A DNA stretch of 49,972 nt, the filler included, from Sphacelaria rigidula (taxonomy: Eukaryota): assembly GCA_964200075.2 (NCBI GenBank). It is 3 parts of 3 records of this genome, joined end to end, with 100 filler letters (N's around TTAATTAATTAA, not from the genome) between each part and the next. Parts side by side here need not be neighbours in the genome. Positions count along the whole stretch, not along the records: positions 1 to 16,593 come from CAXNAA020001306.1; positions 16,694 to 33,284 come from CAXNAA020001307.1; 1 more part is not named here. The stretch is one strand, 5' to 3'. The notes under the pieces were generated by a model, which worked only from the letters and a program-made list of their open reading frames with translations, was not told the DNA's origin and did no database searches. Each line of letters opens with the position of its first letter. The first letter of the stretch is position 1. Of the stretch, positions 11,206 through 22,090 are shown in pieces. The translations under genes were made by a program, and so were the position numbers.

Positions 11206-11418
11206 ATGACTTCGCCTGAGAAGACAGTCGTGCTGGATATTGTGGGCCTGACTCAAAGCCTGATCAGCGCGGATCACACGCCGTTTCTCTACGGCTACTT
11301 GTCGCAGCCGGACGTCCTCAGCAGGGATGTCGAGCCTACGTTCCCTGCGCTCACTTGCCCCGGACAGTCGACCTACCTCACGGGCGCAGGACCCGCGTCG
11401 CACGGCGTGACAGCCAAC
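11206..11418 (+). CDS. eboF: First coding exon of an EboF-like nucleotide pyrophosphatase/phosphodiesterase (alkaline phosphatase superfamily)
   Basis: MTSPEKTVVLDIVGLTQSLISADHTPFL...VEPTFPALTCPGQSTYLTGAGPASHGVTAN then a phase-0 GTGAGT donor. Fits the EboF N-terminal pattern as I recall it (KTVVL.VVGLT..L.G.HTP.L...P..PAVTC..Q.TYLTG..P..HG..ANGWY), including the nucleophile Thr. The next exon (expected GWY) was not found before the contig end. Confidence 0.8.
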
Positions 11419-12200
11419 GTGAGTGGAGCTGTGTTGATTGGAGTTGACGGGAGTTTGCCGCTGTAAATTGTATTGTGGTAGAGTGTTGAGCGCTTATTTC
11501 ATTATCAATGTTTGCTCTAACAAAATCCGCACAGAACCTTGCAATCTTTCAGGGTGTGGTACGCCTCTTTTTCCAAATCCAGGAATCGGTATTAGATTAC
11601 TTTCGTCTAACATTTTCGCAACTTCCCCCCCCCTCCCCGCCAGGGAAGGGTGCAGGAAGAGAGTGGTTTTTTATCAAGTCAAAAGGACACAGCATACCAG
11701 AGCATTGGCCCAAGTATCTGCTCTCATAGCCCACATATGCGGCCGCCACCCGCGAGATCTTGAGCTACGACCGTACAGATGTGGTTTACGTGCTTTGCGT
11801 CATTTCCACAGGAAGTTTCCCAACACGTTCCTGATTCGAAGTGGCGGAGATACCCCGTATCGTACAGCACTGAGTGATTGTCGCCGTCATTCGGATATGT
11901 ATTCGGTGATCAAAAACCAACATGCACCACCTCTCTGCTTCGCCATTCCCACCCCCACCCTACCCGACCACCACACACACACATGTACCCATAATCTCAC
12001 GTTTAACAGTACCGCCGATGATTGTACAGCCCTCATCGTAGCCACAACACAACCAACAGGCCCTATTACGGGGGAACATCGTTACTAGGAGTCGTTACGT
12101 GAACGCACTTAACTCGAGCGTCTATGGGTCGAATTCGTCAGACGATAGCTCGGGTGATCCGCAAAGCCCGCGTAATCAACTGCCCAGCAAGCCAGCAAGG

Positions 12201-12281
12201 ATGTTGTTGTTGTCGTTGTTGTTGTTGTCGTTGGTGCTGTCTTTGTCACTGTTGTTGTTGTTGTCGTCGTCGTCGTCGTCG

Positions 12282-12312
<31 letters not shown>
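12201..12312. repeat. (GTT/GTC)n trinucleotide microsatellite forming the end of an interspersed repeat
   Basis: Direct inspection; the adjacent 12300-12480 matches 39040-39245, which starts with a shorter (GTT)n. Confidence 0.95.
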
Positions 12313-12584
12313 CTTCACATTAAAAACCGTCCCGATATCTGCGCGGTACATCCGTACTGGGCATCTGACGCGGACGCCTTTCGTGTCACAGGCTAGCTAC
12401 TGTACCTAAAATAAGGTATGAGGAAACCAGACAGAACAAGAAAAACAAAAATAGACGCGATACAAGCAAAACAGGAATAAAGAAGAAAGAGGAAAGATAG
12501 TTAGTATGGCCAACCTCAAAAGACCCGGTGCCGCACAAGGATGAACAAAACAAATGACCCAGAAGTTAACGGAAATCTCGGAGG

Positions 12585-13045
12585 TTTTCCTGTTGGTGTC
12601 TCTCCAACCCTGATTCAGGGTTGAGATATGACATGCCATATCTCTGGCGTGGCGGCGTCGAATTCGAAACACGGTAGCTCGGATGAACCGCCAAGTCCTC
12701 TCATCGCCGGCTAGCAAGAAAAATGGGAAACAAATGCACACAACAAGTTAGGGGACATGTGTTTCGTGGTTTTTTCCTGTTAGTGTCTCTCCAACCCTGG
12801 CCTAGGCGTTGACATATGGCATGACATATTCTCGGCGTGTTGGCGTCGAATTCGACAAATGATAGCTCTGACGAACCGCAAGGTCCACGTGATCACCGGC
12901 CAGGAATAAAAAACGAGAAGAAAAAATGGACACAAAAAATGAAGAGACGTTTATTTCTTGATCTTCCCTGTTGGTGTATCTACAACCCTGGCTCAGGGGT
13001 TGAAAGATGACATGCCGTATCTACGGCGTGTTGGCGTCAAACTCA
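12585..13045. repeat. Three tandem ~190-bp units
   Basis: TTCCTGTT(G/A)GTGTCTCTCCAACCCTG...GTTGA.A.ATG.CATG...GGCGTCGAATTCG repeats at about 12587, 12774 and 12964. Confidence 0.85.
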
Positions 13046-13494
13046 ACGACAGCGTGTTGACGTCGGAAAAATATCGTTCGTTAAAATAGAAAGCCTCCTA
13101 CAGACACCAGCACAGTGCAACATACACAGTAAGAACAGTACAGTACACCCAGCATAAGAGTATACCAAGCAGTACAACCAGAAGAGTGCACAGCACAGAC
13201 CGTACGGCCTTCGAAGAGTTAGGCGCTGAAATTTCAACACGGCATTTTTATCATCAACACGCGCAACTTGTACAAAGGTGCAAACAAAATAAAAAAAAGA
13301 AGAAATCCGGAGCTATTTGAAGTTTAAGGGAAAACAGGGAATATGCTATAACTCCGTGAAAATCAAGAAATACAAATCAAGAAATACCGCGGCACCTTAT
13401 TACACTTTTTGGGCACTTGCGTGCAGGAGATCCTGGCAAAATTTCGGCCGAAAGTAACTCAAATTGGGCGCAGCAGGACACTTTTCGTGTGACA

Positions 13495-13620
13495 CCGCTG
13501 CGCCCGTTTAATCCAAGTGATACAGGAGACTCCAGTTATGAAGGTCACGAGTTCGAATCCCGACAGATTCTCTTTTTTTTCGTTCCGTCGTTTAGGTCAT
13601 ATATAATGTAGTACATTTGC
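13495..13620 (+). mobile_element. tRNA-headed SINE-like element, family C
   Basis: AAGTGATACAGGAGAC...GAGTTCGAATCCCGACAGAT (Pol III B-box-like); second copy at 30860-30990. Confidence 0.6.
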
Positions 13621-14344
13621 TTCATTTTTTTTCTCTTTCAGTCGCCGTGCGTTACCAGGTTGGTCTGTAGTTCACAGCGATGTGCTCAAGTCGGGCTGCT
13701 TTTGTAAACTTGATAAGTTGTGGTGTGAAAATCAAATGCGGGATTTACTGCTGGCCCAGCTCATACAAGCAGCGCAGTACAGTCAGTACAGCACAGTACA
13801 GTACGTGCTATATGTTTGAGTGTACGGTATATGAACAGCGCAGTGCAGTGCAGTATACGCAGAAAAAAATGGGTACACAGTCCTCAGCAAGGGCTGCCTA
13901 CTGTGCAGCAAGGGCTGCCTGCTGTGCAGCAACAATTTCTTCGCGTCTTTCCACCCCCTTCTTGATGTGCACGAACCGCTTGCCTCTTCTCGCCACCTTT
14001 GGCGCAGTGCCAGGGAGCGCTGCTGTTTTCCCACCTCTTTTGCGGGGCATCGCTGTGGGGTACGCTGTAATCTGAAGCCCCCCACCCACTTCAGCTGGGA
14101 ATATCTCGGGCGCATCTTCAAATTTTGAACAGCAGTTTCTTGAGCTCCCTCGATCATATTTCACGGTTTCGCCGACGTGCCGTTTGCATGCTTTTTCGGG
14201 GATGTGGGTATGATGTTCCTCCCCCTGTACAAAAAACCGCGTTGCCAAAGGTGAAACCTCCACCGTTGGAAAGCCACAGTGACCAGCTTTCTTACGATGT
14301 GCCCAATGCATTCGACCTGATCCAGCCTAGACGCGACTTTGTAG

Positions 14345-14625
14345 TTTTCAGGCCCCGCCTGACCTCAATATTGAGAATTGGACTTTCAAATTTGGTATGG
14401 AGAATGGATAGGGTATCATAAAAAATATATGTTGCGGGACCATGAGTTTTTTTTTCATCCAAAGGCAATAAATAACCAGTAACCAGTTTTCAGTAAAATG
14501 CCCTTGACTCATGAAACAAAGAACTCATGGTCCCGCAATACATTTTTTTTATTATGTCCTATCCGTTCTCCGTTCCAATTTCAGATGTCCAACTCTCAAA
14601 TCTGAGGTGAGACGGGGCGTTCTGG
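14345..14625. mobile_element. Long imperfect inverted repeat (foldback) belonging to the TA-CGAGCTGG element family
   Basis: TGTTGCGGGACCATGAGTT pairs with AACTCATGGTCCCGCAATACA, and GAGAATTGGAC with GTCCAACTCTC. Homologous arms at 16470-16530, 29185-29260 and 34510-34730. Confidence 0.7.
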
Positions 14626-16274
14626 CAACCGGGCCGGTCGAAATTCGGAACAGTATTTTGAAAGTTCGTGTGGAGCCTCATGAGGACATAATGAACAAAC
14701 GCAATGGGATAGGTTGATCCTTTTCATTTTTCTCACGAGTTGGGGACGTTTTAGTGTGGTAAAGAACATTTTTTCACGAGAATGCCCTCAGCTCTCCAAG
14801 AAAATAAATAAAGGCTCATTTTTTGTGTCTTAGTCTCAGCATGACTTTGCAATTTTCCATGCTAAGTTCTGAAACACAATTCTAAAAATTGAGCTGGAAA
14901 ACTGAGATGAAGGCCAAAAACAACGTTAATTTTTCCTTGAAACGCCCCTAGAAAACGAAAAAAAATCTCAAGAAACTCTTTTTTTCATTATACCCTAGCG
15001 ATTCCACATACCAGATTTCATAGCCTAACCCTAAAACATTGAGACGCAAAATCCAGATCTCGTACATTTAGTGTCTCTGCTCGTAATATATTGATTTTAA
15101 TATATAGTATTATGTGCGTAATCTCTCGAGATAGATCACGAATCAGGTGAAGGTGGGGGTATCAATCGTTTCCCGTGCTCCAGGGAATGTCCACACCACA
15201 AACGTCACCATCCGCTGTATATATCGTTGGGGGTTTCATATAAAATTTAGTATGGACCCTATCTCCGTACGGCTCCGGAATTACTAAACATGGCATTTAA
15301 TCAATGAGGGAACATTGTCCCAGGCTTTTGAGCAGATGGGCATTTTTCCCTTGATTGGATGATTAATTCGATACTTGTGGTGAGCCACCGCTGACGAGCG
15401 TGGTAACAATACCGCAGGTATCAACACCATGGGTCTCGCACGTGTGGAGGTTTTGAGCAAGATGGTAAAAAACAAAGAAAGATCCCGACGCTAACCATGA
15501 TTTATTAGTATGAGCAGATTAGGACTTCCAACCACACGGCCAACCGTAACCACTGTTGATAAAAAAAGGAAAACCTTGGCCGTTTTGACGCCAACCGGAC
15601 AGCGCTACATGAGTAGACAGTCTACCCCAGAGAAGTAAGGACCAGACCGAGCAAAATGGCGCCCCGTCACTGGAGTAACCCCCCACCGGATGTATAGTAA
15701 CGAAGTCAAAATGATCGATTCCTAGCTCGATGATCCTCGCCGGCAGTAGTGAGGCGTTGGCCGCTTGTGACTCATGGACAGCACGCTGGCGGTACGCATC
15801 AACTCGAGAGCGAAGGTCGTCGTTCAGGGCCATGGCTTGTTCCTGGCGCGTATCGACGGCGTACCCGTTGTCGTTGAGGGTGTTTGCTGCGTTGACATCA
15901 TGCTGTTGAATGCCTTGCGGTAGCCACTTACGATGTTTTCGCACCCTGCTTGACATATCTGATTTCTTCGTTTCACGACACTTCGACGAACGAGGGTGGA
16001 GGCTTCTATTCTTTCGTTTTCATGACGTGTCTTTCATTATTTAATGCTTTATTTCAGTTTTTTTCTTGATTTTTGGAGTCGCAGAACACGCCGCTACATG
16101 GGCGCTTCCATATCATGTGAGGATAGTATGATAGTGACGGTAGTGGAGAAGGCGAGCATACGTCTGTGACCACGGGTTCGAGAGATCGGGCTCATGTGCG
16201 AACATAATAGTAGTAGTATTATAAGACGTTCCCAAAGTCGAAATTCCCAAACGCGAGATTCCCGGTATATTTAA

Positions 16275-16410
16275 CCCTTAGACAGCGATCCCCCCGCAGG
16301 TGGACTGAGATGGACTATGCCACTCTTGAGATGCAAAACAGCTCTTTTCTCGCTACACAAAACGCCTTTTTCATCATCATGTGGATATTTGACATCTACG
16401 TGAAAAAATG
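16275..16410 (+). mobile_element. Left end of a piggyBac-like element, interrupted by a mariner-like terminus at 16414
   Basis: TTAA|CCCTTAGACAGCGATCCCCCCGCAGGTGGAC matches the left end at 27646. Confidence 0.65.
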
Positions 16411-16593
16411 TACTACGAGCTGGGCCAGCCTAGAGGCGGGTTTGAGGTTTGCAAGCCTATGCTCCCGCGAGTATTTAAGAGTTGGACCCTGAAATTTTGT
16501 ATGGACAATGAATAGGGCATGAAAAAAATAAGGGCAATGGCCTAGAAAAGGTATACCTTCTCGTTTTTTGCCTGAGAAAGGTACGAAAAATGG

Positions 16594-16693
16594 NNNNNNN
16601 NNNNNNNNNNNNNNNNNNNNNNNNNNNNNNNNNNNNNTTAATTAATTAANNNNNNNNNNNNNNNNNNNNNNNNNNNNNNNNNNNNNNNNNNNN
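16594..16693. other. Artificial contig spacer (44 N + TTAATTAATTAA + 44 N)
   Basis: Exactly 100 nt with a six-frame-stop linker; identical to 33285-33384. Confidence 0.98.
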
Positions 16694-16828
16694 CTTTTGT
16701 TTACTCACGTTTTCACGCTTTCCACGGTGGAAATCATACATTACGAAGAAAAAAACCAACGCATCGGGGATCGAACCCACGTTCTCTCCACCCTAACGGC
16801 GACAGTCGGACCATTTCACCACCAGGGC
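16694..16828 (-). mobile_element. 5' part of tRNA-headed SINE family A, cut by the contig start
   Basis: Reverse complement of 17187-17320 (GCCCTGGTGGTGAAATGGTCC...GGGTTCGATCCCCGATGCG). Confidence 0.75.
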
Positions 16829-17186
16829 GTGGCATCTCCAAGACAGAAATGCCCCACGGTGAACAAACGGAAATGCTCGCTAGAGAAAGATCATTTGGGG
16901 GGAGGGGGGGGGTTACGGCAAAAAAAACAAACGAACGGAACTGAAGAACAAAGGCACCGAGGAATCAAAGCAAATGGGGAGGGAAAATGGAACTTAAATC
17001 GAGAAACAGTGGTCGCAATGAAGGAAACAGAATAAAACGATGATGGCGAAACAAAAATAGACGTGGCTGGAGCATGGCATCAGCTGAAGAAAAAGAAGCG
17101 CCACGCGTACAAAAACACATGCAGTCATACACTAAATAAAACAAAAACGACGGGGGAAAAGATTGTTGCTCAGCTACTGCCGCCGC

Positions 17187-17520
17187 GCCCCGGTGGTGTA
17201 ATGGTCCGATTGTCGCCAGAAGGGTGGAGAGAGCGAGGGTTCGATTCCCGATGCGGTTGGGTTTTTTCTTTGTCGTATCTGACTTTCACCGTGGAAAACG
17301 TGAGAACGTGAGTCAACAAAGTAGTTGAATGAGTTTGTTTGACGGTTAATTGAGTTTGTTCGGAATGAGTTGACGCGGTGCGGTAGTGCTGACCCAATCC
17401 GCGAGACCAAAATGAAAGGCACGTACCGGGGACAGATGGATTGATGTGCTTTCTCGGGACAACGGGCTCGTCCCGAAAAAGGGGAGGGGTTCAAAGTGCG
17501 ACAAAGAAAAATAAAAAAGA
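17187..17520 (+). mobile_element. Apparently full-length tRNA-headed SINE family A
   Basis: A box TGGTGTAATGG, B box GGTTCGATTCC, ~250-bp body, 3' end GGGGAGGGGTTCAAAGTGCGACA plus A-rich tail. Other copies at 16694-16828 and 46650-46970; 3' end only at 30590-30655. Confidence 0.8.
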
Positions 17521-17806
17521 CAGATTGGGCCATACTGTTCACGCGCGAGCTCTCACCCATGAGCCCGACGAAAGGGAAGCACCAAACTACTGCTGCACGA
17601 TACTTGAAATATGTCATGAATGAGCGGATAGACATACCTCAGCGATTAAATGGAAATGGTGATGCACTGCAGTTAATACGATAGCCCCCCCCTTCCCCCC
17701 ACCCCCTCCCGGCGCGTTCTCGCCCCATTGTCGCTGCTTTTGCATGCTGCCCATGTGGGCGCCACTGCTTTGGCCCTCGTTCTCGTTTTCGTTTCATTTT
17801 CTTCAG

Positions 17807-20800
17807 ATTTTTTGACACTGAGGCGGTGTTTACGCCCGAGCGGGTGGAGAGGTCGTTCAAGTTCTCGGATCTACTCGCCCGCAAGAGATAGAACGTGGCC
17901 AAGTTAGAACTCTTGGGACTCGGTGCGTTCATTTCTGCTCGGCATTTAAGAACGCAGAGTTCAATATTCCCGGTATTAATTGAATTTCGTCCCGCCAATC
18001 GGACGAGTGTCGTCGGCGGTGCTAATCATAGGCTACATTCTCTTTTTTTACTCTTTCGCCGTGGAGAGAAATTTCATCGACTCTTATGGGACCCGCTTCA
18101 AATCACAATCGCGCCCGCTTCTGGACGAAACGTGGGCGGTAAAAGCAAAAACGCAACTGATTGAGCGAAATCAGTGACGATTTTGACCAGAAGTGACTCC
18201 ACAATTCGCGATTTTGATTTTGTTTTTGTTCATCCGGTTACTTTCTGATCGGAACCGACACTCCGTGTTGAACCCCCAACCAAAGTTGAGGAGCTGTTCG
18301 AAATAGTGTGATGAAGCAAAAACAGCTATGGGGCATCATCTCGTCTTTGACTATACTGCAGTACAAATACACTCATGCCCTCTCTCTCATGTGCTGTACC
18401 TGTCCGTGTGGTGTGGTGTGCTTACACCGTGCGAAGACGCTCTTGTTCTGCACTAGGATTGCCTGAGCTGCTCAGCTGTTATGTTCCGCTTTGCACACAA
18501 CGATTGTATTCGGCACGTAGTGCTGGGTTTGTCAAAGTTGGAAATGCCGTGATGTGTTTGTTGGATATTGTTGTGTCTTTCGCAACGAACAAAGTGCTTC
18601 GTGCCCAGACTCACAATTCCTGTACTGTACCTGACACTGTAGTGTGGTGGGTTTGAAGCCTGCGGAGACGGTTTCATCTACGCTGGGGTTGGCCTCAACC
18701 GCGGTACTATAGCTGCGCCCCGGTCGGTACAAGCGTTTTTAGTCTGCAAGGAGTTCCGTCTTCATACTGTTGAACGCGTCAGTGTGTGTTGGTTGTCGTA
18801 TCTTCTGTAAAGCGAACAAGGTGGTTCATGCTTGCAACCATCAATTCTACTCCGGAGTCGTCGCTGTGCTGTGGTGCTCATGAACCCCGCTAAGATGGTT
18901 TGATCTACGGTGGGCATTGCCTGGGGTGCTGTTGCTGTGTTCTGACGACAGAACTGGGGTGGGAACACATGCTATGTGTCTATACAAATTCGAAAAAATC
19001 ACGTGATGGCTGTGCAGCCGTTGCAGCCGTCGTGTGTCCTTTGGGGTCTGTTGTTCAGGCGCGAAATTCCTCATTTCCGGTTTTGTGCTGTGGTAAGCGA
19101 CCAAAAGGGCTACGAAGCGTGTAGTGAGTATCTTGCGTTCTTGAACGTCCTGAAGGGCTGCAAGAGCGTAGGTGCCGGTCAGGCGATGCGTAACGGCGTT
19201 GTCGTTCAGTTAGGATTCACGGCAGGTGGACTGAAGCATCTCATCTCTAACAAGTTCGTCTTTGATCTAGTGTGGACAGCAGATTCAGATTCCGTCTCAC
19301 AACGCAAAATCGATTCTCGCGTAACGACACTTTTGCCATTCCGAGGGTATGTACATATATATATATATATATATGTGTGTGTATATCGTTATGAAGTGAG
19401 CTTTTTAGCCATTTGTGAAATCGGTACCATTTTCACTTGAAACGTTACTGCGTGACCCCGCTTGCGAACCCTGGCGATCAAGGGTAACAGTCTGAAGAGC
19501 TAATAGCTAGATGTATACTCCGGAAGCAAAAAATCGTGATATACGTTGCTTTGAAATCGCGATGGGTTGATTTCCTACACTAGCATTAATCGTATTCATC
19601 GGAATAATATTTTTGGAACGCACGGCATTTATGTGCGATCTGTAATCATATTATGCTTAACGTTCACCAGCGCATTCATGAGGGGAATGTTTCGATGGCT
19701 GATATGCTCATTGCCCCTTTTTTCATAGTTCAACAAAACGGATCGTTCCCTATCATGACTTATCAGCTTTTCATAGATTGGAACACATAGGAACAACGTG
19801 TTTGTAATGAATGGTCACTCTCAATCAGAAGCTAGACTCTCAATCTGGCGAAAATGTTGTCACGTGCAGCACAAGACGATAGCTGCTCAAGAGACGTAAG
19901 AGAGCTCACAGATCATCTTGCCTACAGCGAGATGCATCAAGTGCAGCCAGGTTTGCACTTTGGGCTGAGATATCATCTTGAGAATCGATAGGTCATGGGG
20001 TGAAACATCCGCATAGGAGCAATCGTGACAGGATCGGTTAAAGTTTACGATTTGCGGAAGGTTGACGTTTGTCCGGTCGTCTGGAAGCACGACGTCGGTT
20101 TTCGCATGCCGCAGGAGACGATAGCTTTACAAAAGACACAGGAAAGTCGATGAAATCAACGTGTCTACACAGAGACGCATCGAGCGGCGCGAGATCCGCC
20201 CTGATGGCTGACATCGGTGAAAATATGGCCGTAACAGGATCGTATGTCATGTTAGATCTGCTGCAGATCCGACGTTTCTCCTGTCGCCTCTCGTCTGAAG
20301 ACGCAACATAGATTTTCCCATGCCGCGGAAGACGAAAGCTGCCCAAAGGACACAGGAGAGCCGAGGAAATCATGTTTCCTACATAGAGATGCATCGAGTG
20401 GCGCAATCTATCAAGGGGGGTCTCATGTCGACAAAGTGACACATTTTTTTGTTTTTGTTGACAGAGACCCGATGTCCTATCGGAGCGTGGGGACATGCTC
20501 AACCGTCGATAAACGTTTTGACCGGATCTTTCCCCGATGGCACAACGTTCAGGAGTCACGTTGGCGGAGTTCATTCGTCGCAGTTCTCTGAACCTCTCTC
20601 GTCCTCCCTTTGGACCACCGACTCAACGGTTTTCTGGTTTGTAATGGAGTTTCTCCGTTTGGCCCAAACTCAACCTGCGCGCACGTAAGATCGGCCTGAT
20701 TACGCTGGGATCTCGTCGAAGAGACGAGGACGACATTCTGAGATAGCAGAATCCACCCGGTCTTTTCTTGGCCGCGCGATGGGGGAAACGTCACACTGTT

Positions 20801-21480
20801 CCATTGCTTGCGACGGGATGCTATGAACTCTGTGATGCGCGTACCGCTTAGGCTGAGGTTTCGCCTCCCACGGTAGGTTGTGCAAATTTCATCACCCCGA
20901 GGTATACTACTGACCGTAGCTTGGCTAAATTCTGTAGCGGACATGTGATTTTGATCACATTTACAGTGTATGGGCGTCATTCCTGTGTCCCGATGTTGGC
21001 CTTGCACAGGCTACTACATTTTGGGGCGCCATCATGAACCGTATGTGGAGGTACGCTACTGTACTTTGTTGCGGCTGGCCACAAGAAACGCTGATGTTCC
21101 CCACTCTCTCCGTCGCCCCTTCCTCCCCTTTTTGCCGTCCCCAACCCCTGAACATGTGCTCGCTCCTCGATGGCTTCGGTGGATCAAAATTGTGATGCAG
21201 GATTAAATTCAGTGACGGATTGATCTGAGAACCGGCGGGGAGAGATATCGGCTTGATTCTCAACCTCGATCTTGTGAATATGAACGTAGTCGGTGATGAA
21301 CCGTGAGCGCCCGCATGTAGATACCTGAGTCTGACGGTCAGTTTTCCGAGTGAACATGATGGAGATCCAACAGATGGATATCCCTGGAGTGGTCGATGGG
21401 TCAATACCCTTGATGATGCTTTCTTTGTGTAGACAAAGAGGAGAAAGCACGGTGCCCGCAGTTTCCAACAGGGCGGGGAC
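17807..21480 (+). pseudogene. Decayed multi-exon coding relic of unknown family
   Basis: Acceptor-flanked coding-like blocks at 17807-18160 (in-frame TAG at 17889), 19059-19346 (open, CAG|...|GTATGT) and 21201-21480 (several in-frame stops), plus three coding-like tandem units at 19864-20410. Confidence 0.35.
19864..20410 (+). repeat. Three diverged ~215-240-bp tandem units
   Basis: TGC.GC..AAGACGA(T/A)AGCT....AA..GAC...GA.AG...AGA(T/C)GCATC(A/G)AG at about 19865, 20107 and 20322. Confidence 0.75.
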
Positions 21481-21949
21481 ATGTGTGCGAGGGGAGGAAT
21501 GATCAGTACTCGTTGCCCAGCAACCATATACCATATGCAGCAGTGTTATCGTGGTATGTGGAGGGTCACCAGGTTGCTAACCCGTGTTTCTATTGTCCGA
21601 TACACCAGCCGAGCACCACGTCTGGTATTCATTTGTCGTTCTTTCGTTTTGATATATTTTCTTGGGAATGTGTTTTTTGTTGACGCCCGCACGGACGATG
21701 TGCGCCCTTTGCGCCCTCCTTCATTTCTAATACGCGTCTGTGTTAAGCATTGATGGAGTTAAAAGTGAGGGTTCAGGGCTGGATGTGGTAGGTGTGGGGA
21801 TGATATTGAGTGTAGAGAGAGTCAATTATTTTCACGTACCAGTACAATAGGAATGCCCGAAAACATATGTGGTCCACACCTACGTACCCCAGGGTATTTT
21901 CAAATTAAGTAAAAAGGAAAAGGAACTACGTCACGTCGAAGGCAAATAT

Positions 21950-22090
21950 AAGGCAAATTGCCTCATCTAACTAGGACATCTCGGGCATGAACAAGGCAGG
22001 TACGTCATGGAATTCCATGTCAGGCATTTGCCTTGAAATTTGCCTGCGCCCAATTTTTTCGCCTACCGCGTGTCTCATTGGCCAGGGTCT
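21950..22090. mobile_element. Fragment of the AGGCA-rich hAT-like MITE family
   Basis: Clustered AAGGCA/TGCCT motifs ending in CCAGGGTCTA, similar to the termini of 10698-11079. Confidence 0.5.

Noticed and set aside
8107-11418. Bacterial contaminant contig
   Set aside because: The eboF-like exon ends in a canonical GTGAGT donor, and the contig shares SINE and MITE families with the other two contigs.
12099-12396. Poly-Leu, poly-Thr and poly-Cys ORFs
   Set aside because: Translation artefacts of the (GTT/GTC)n microsatellite.
12585-13045. CRISPR-like array
   Set aside because: Units are ~190 bp and similar along their whole length, with no unique spacers and no cas genes; eukaryotic context.
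15519-15956. 145-aa minus-strand ORF as a gene
   Set aside because: No recognisable motif or splice context; lies among TE fragments in the presumed eboF intron. Possibly a TE remnant but unsupported.
16638-16649. TTAATTAATTAA as a biological palindrome or piggyBac site
   Set aside because: Centred in N runs and repeated identically at 33329; a synthetic linker.
17187-17258. tRNA gene
   Set aside because: A and B boxes are present but the acceptor stem does not pair, and the sequence continues into a multicopy body with a tail; treated as a SINE head. The same applies to 38480-38558, 13500-13565 and 30865-30935.
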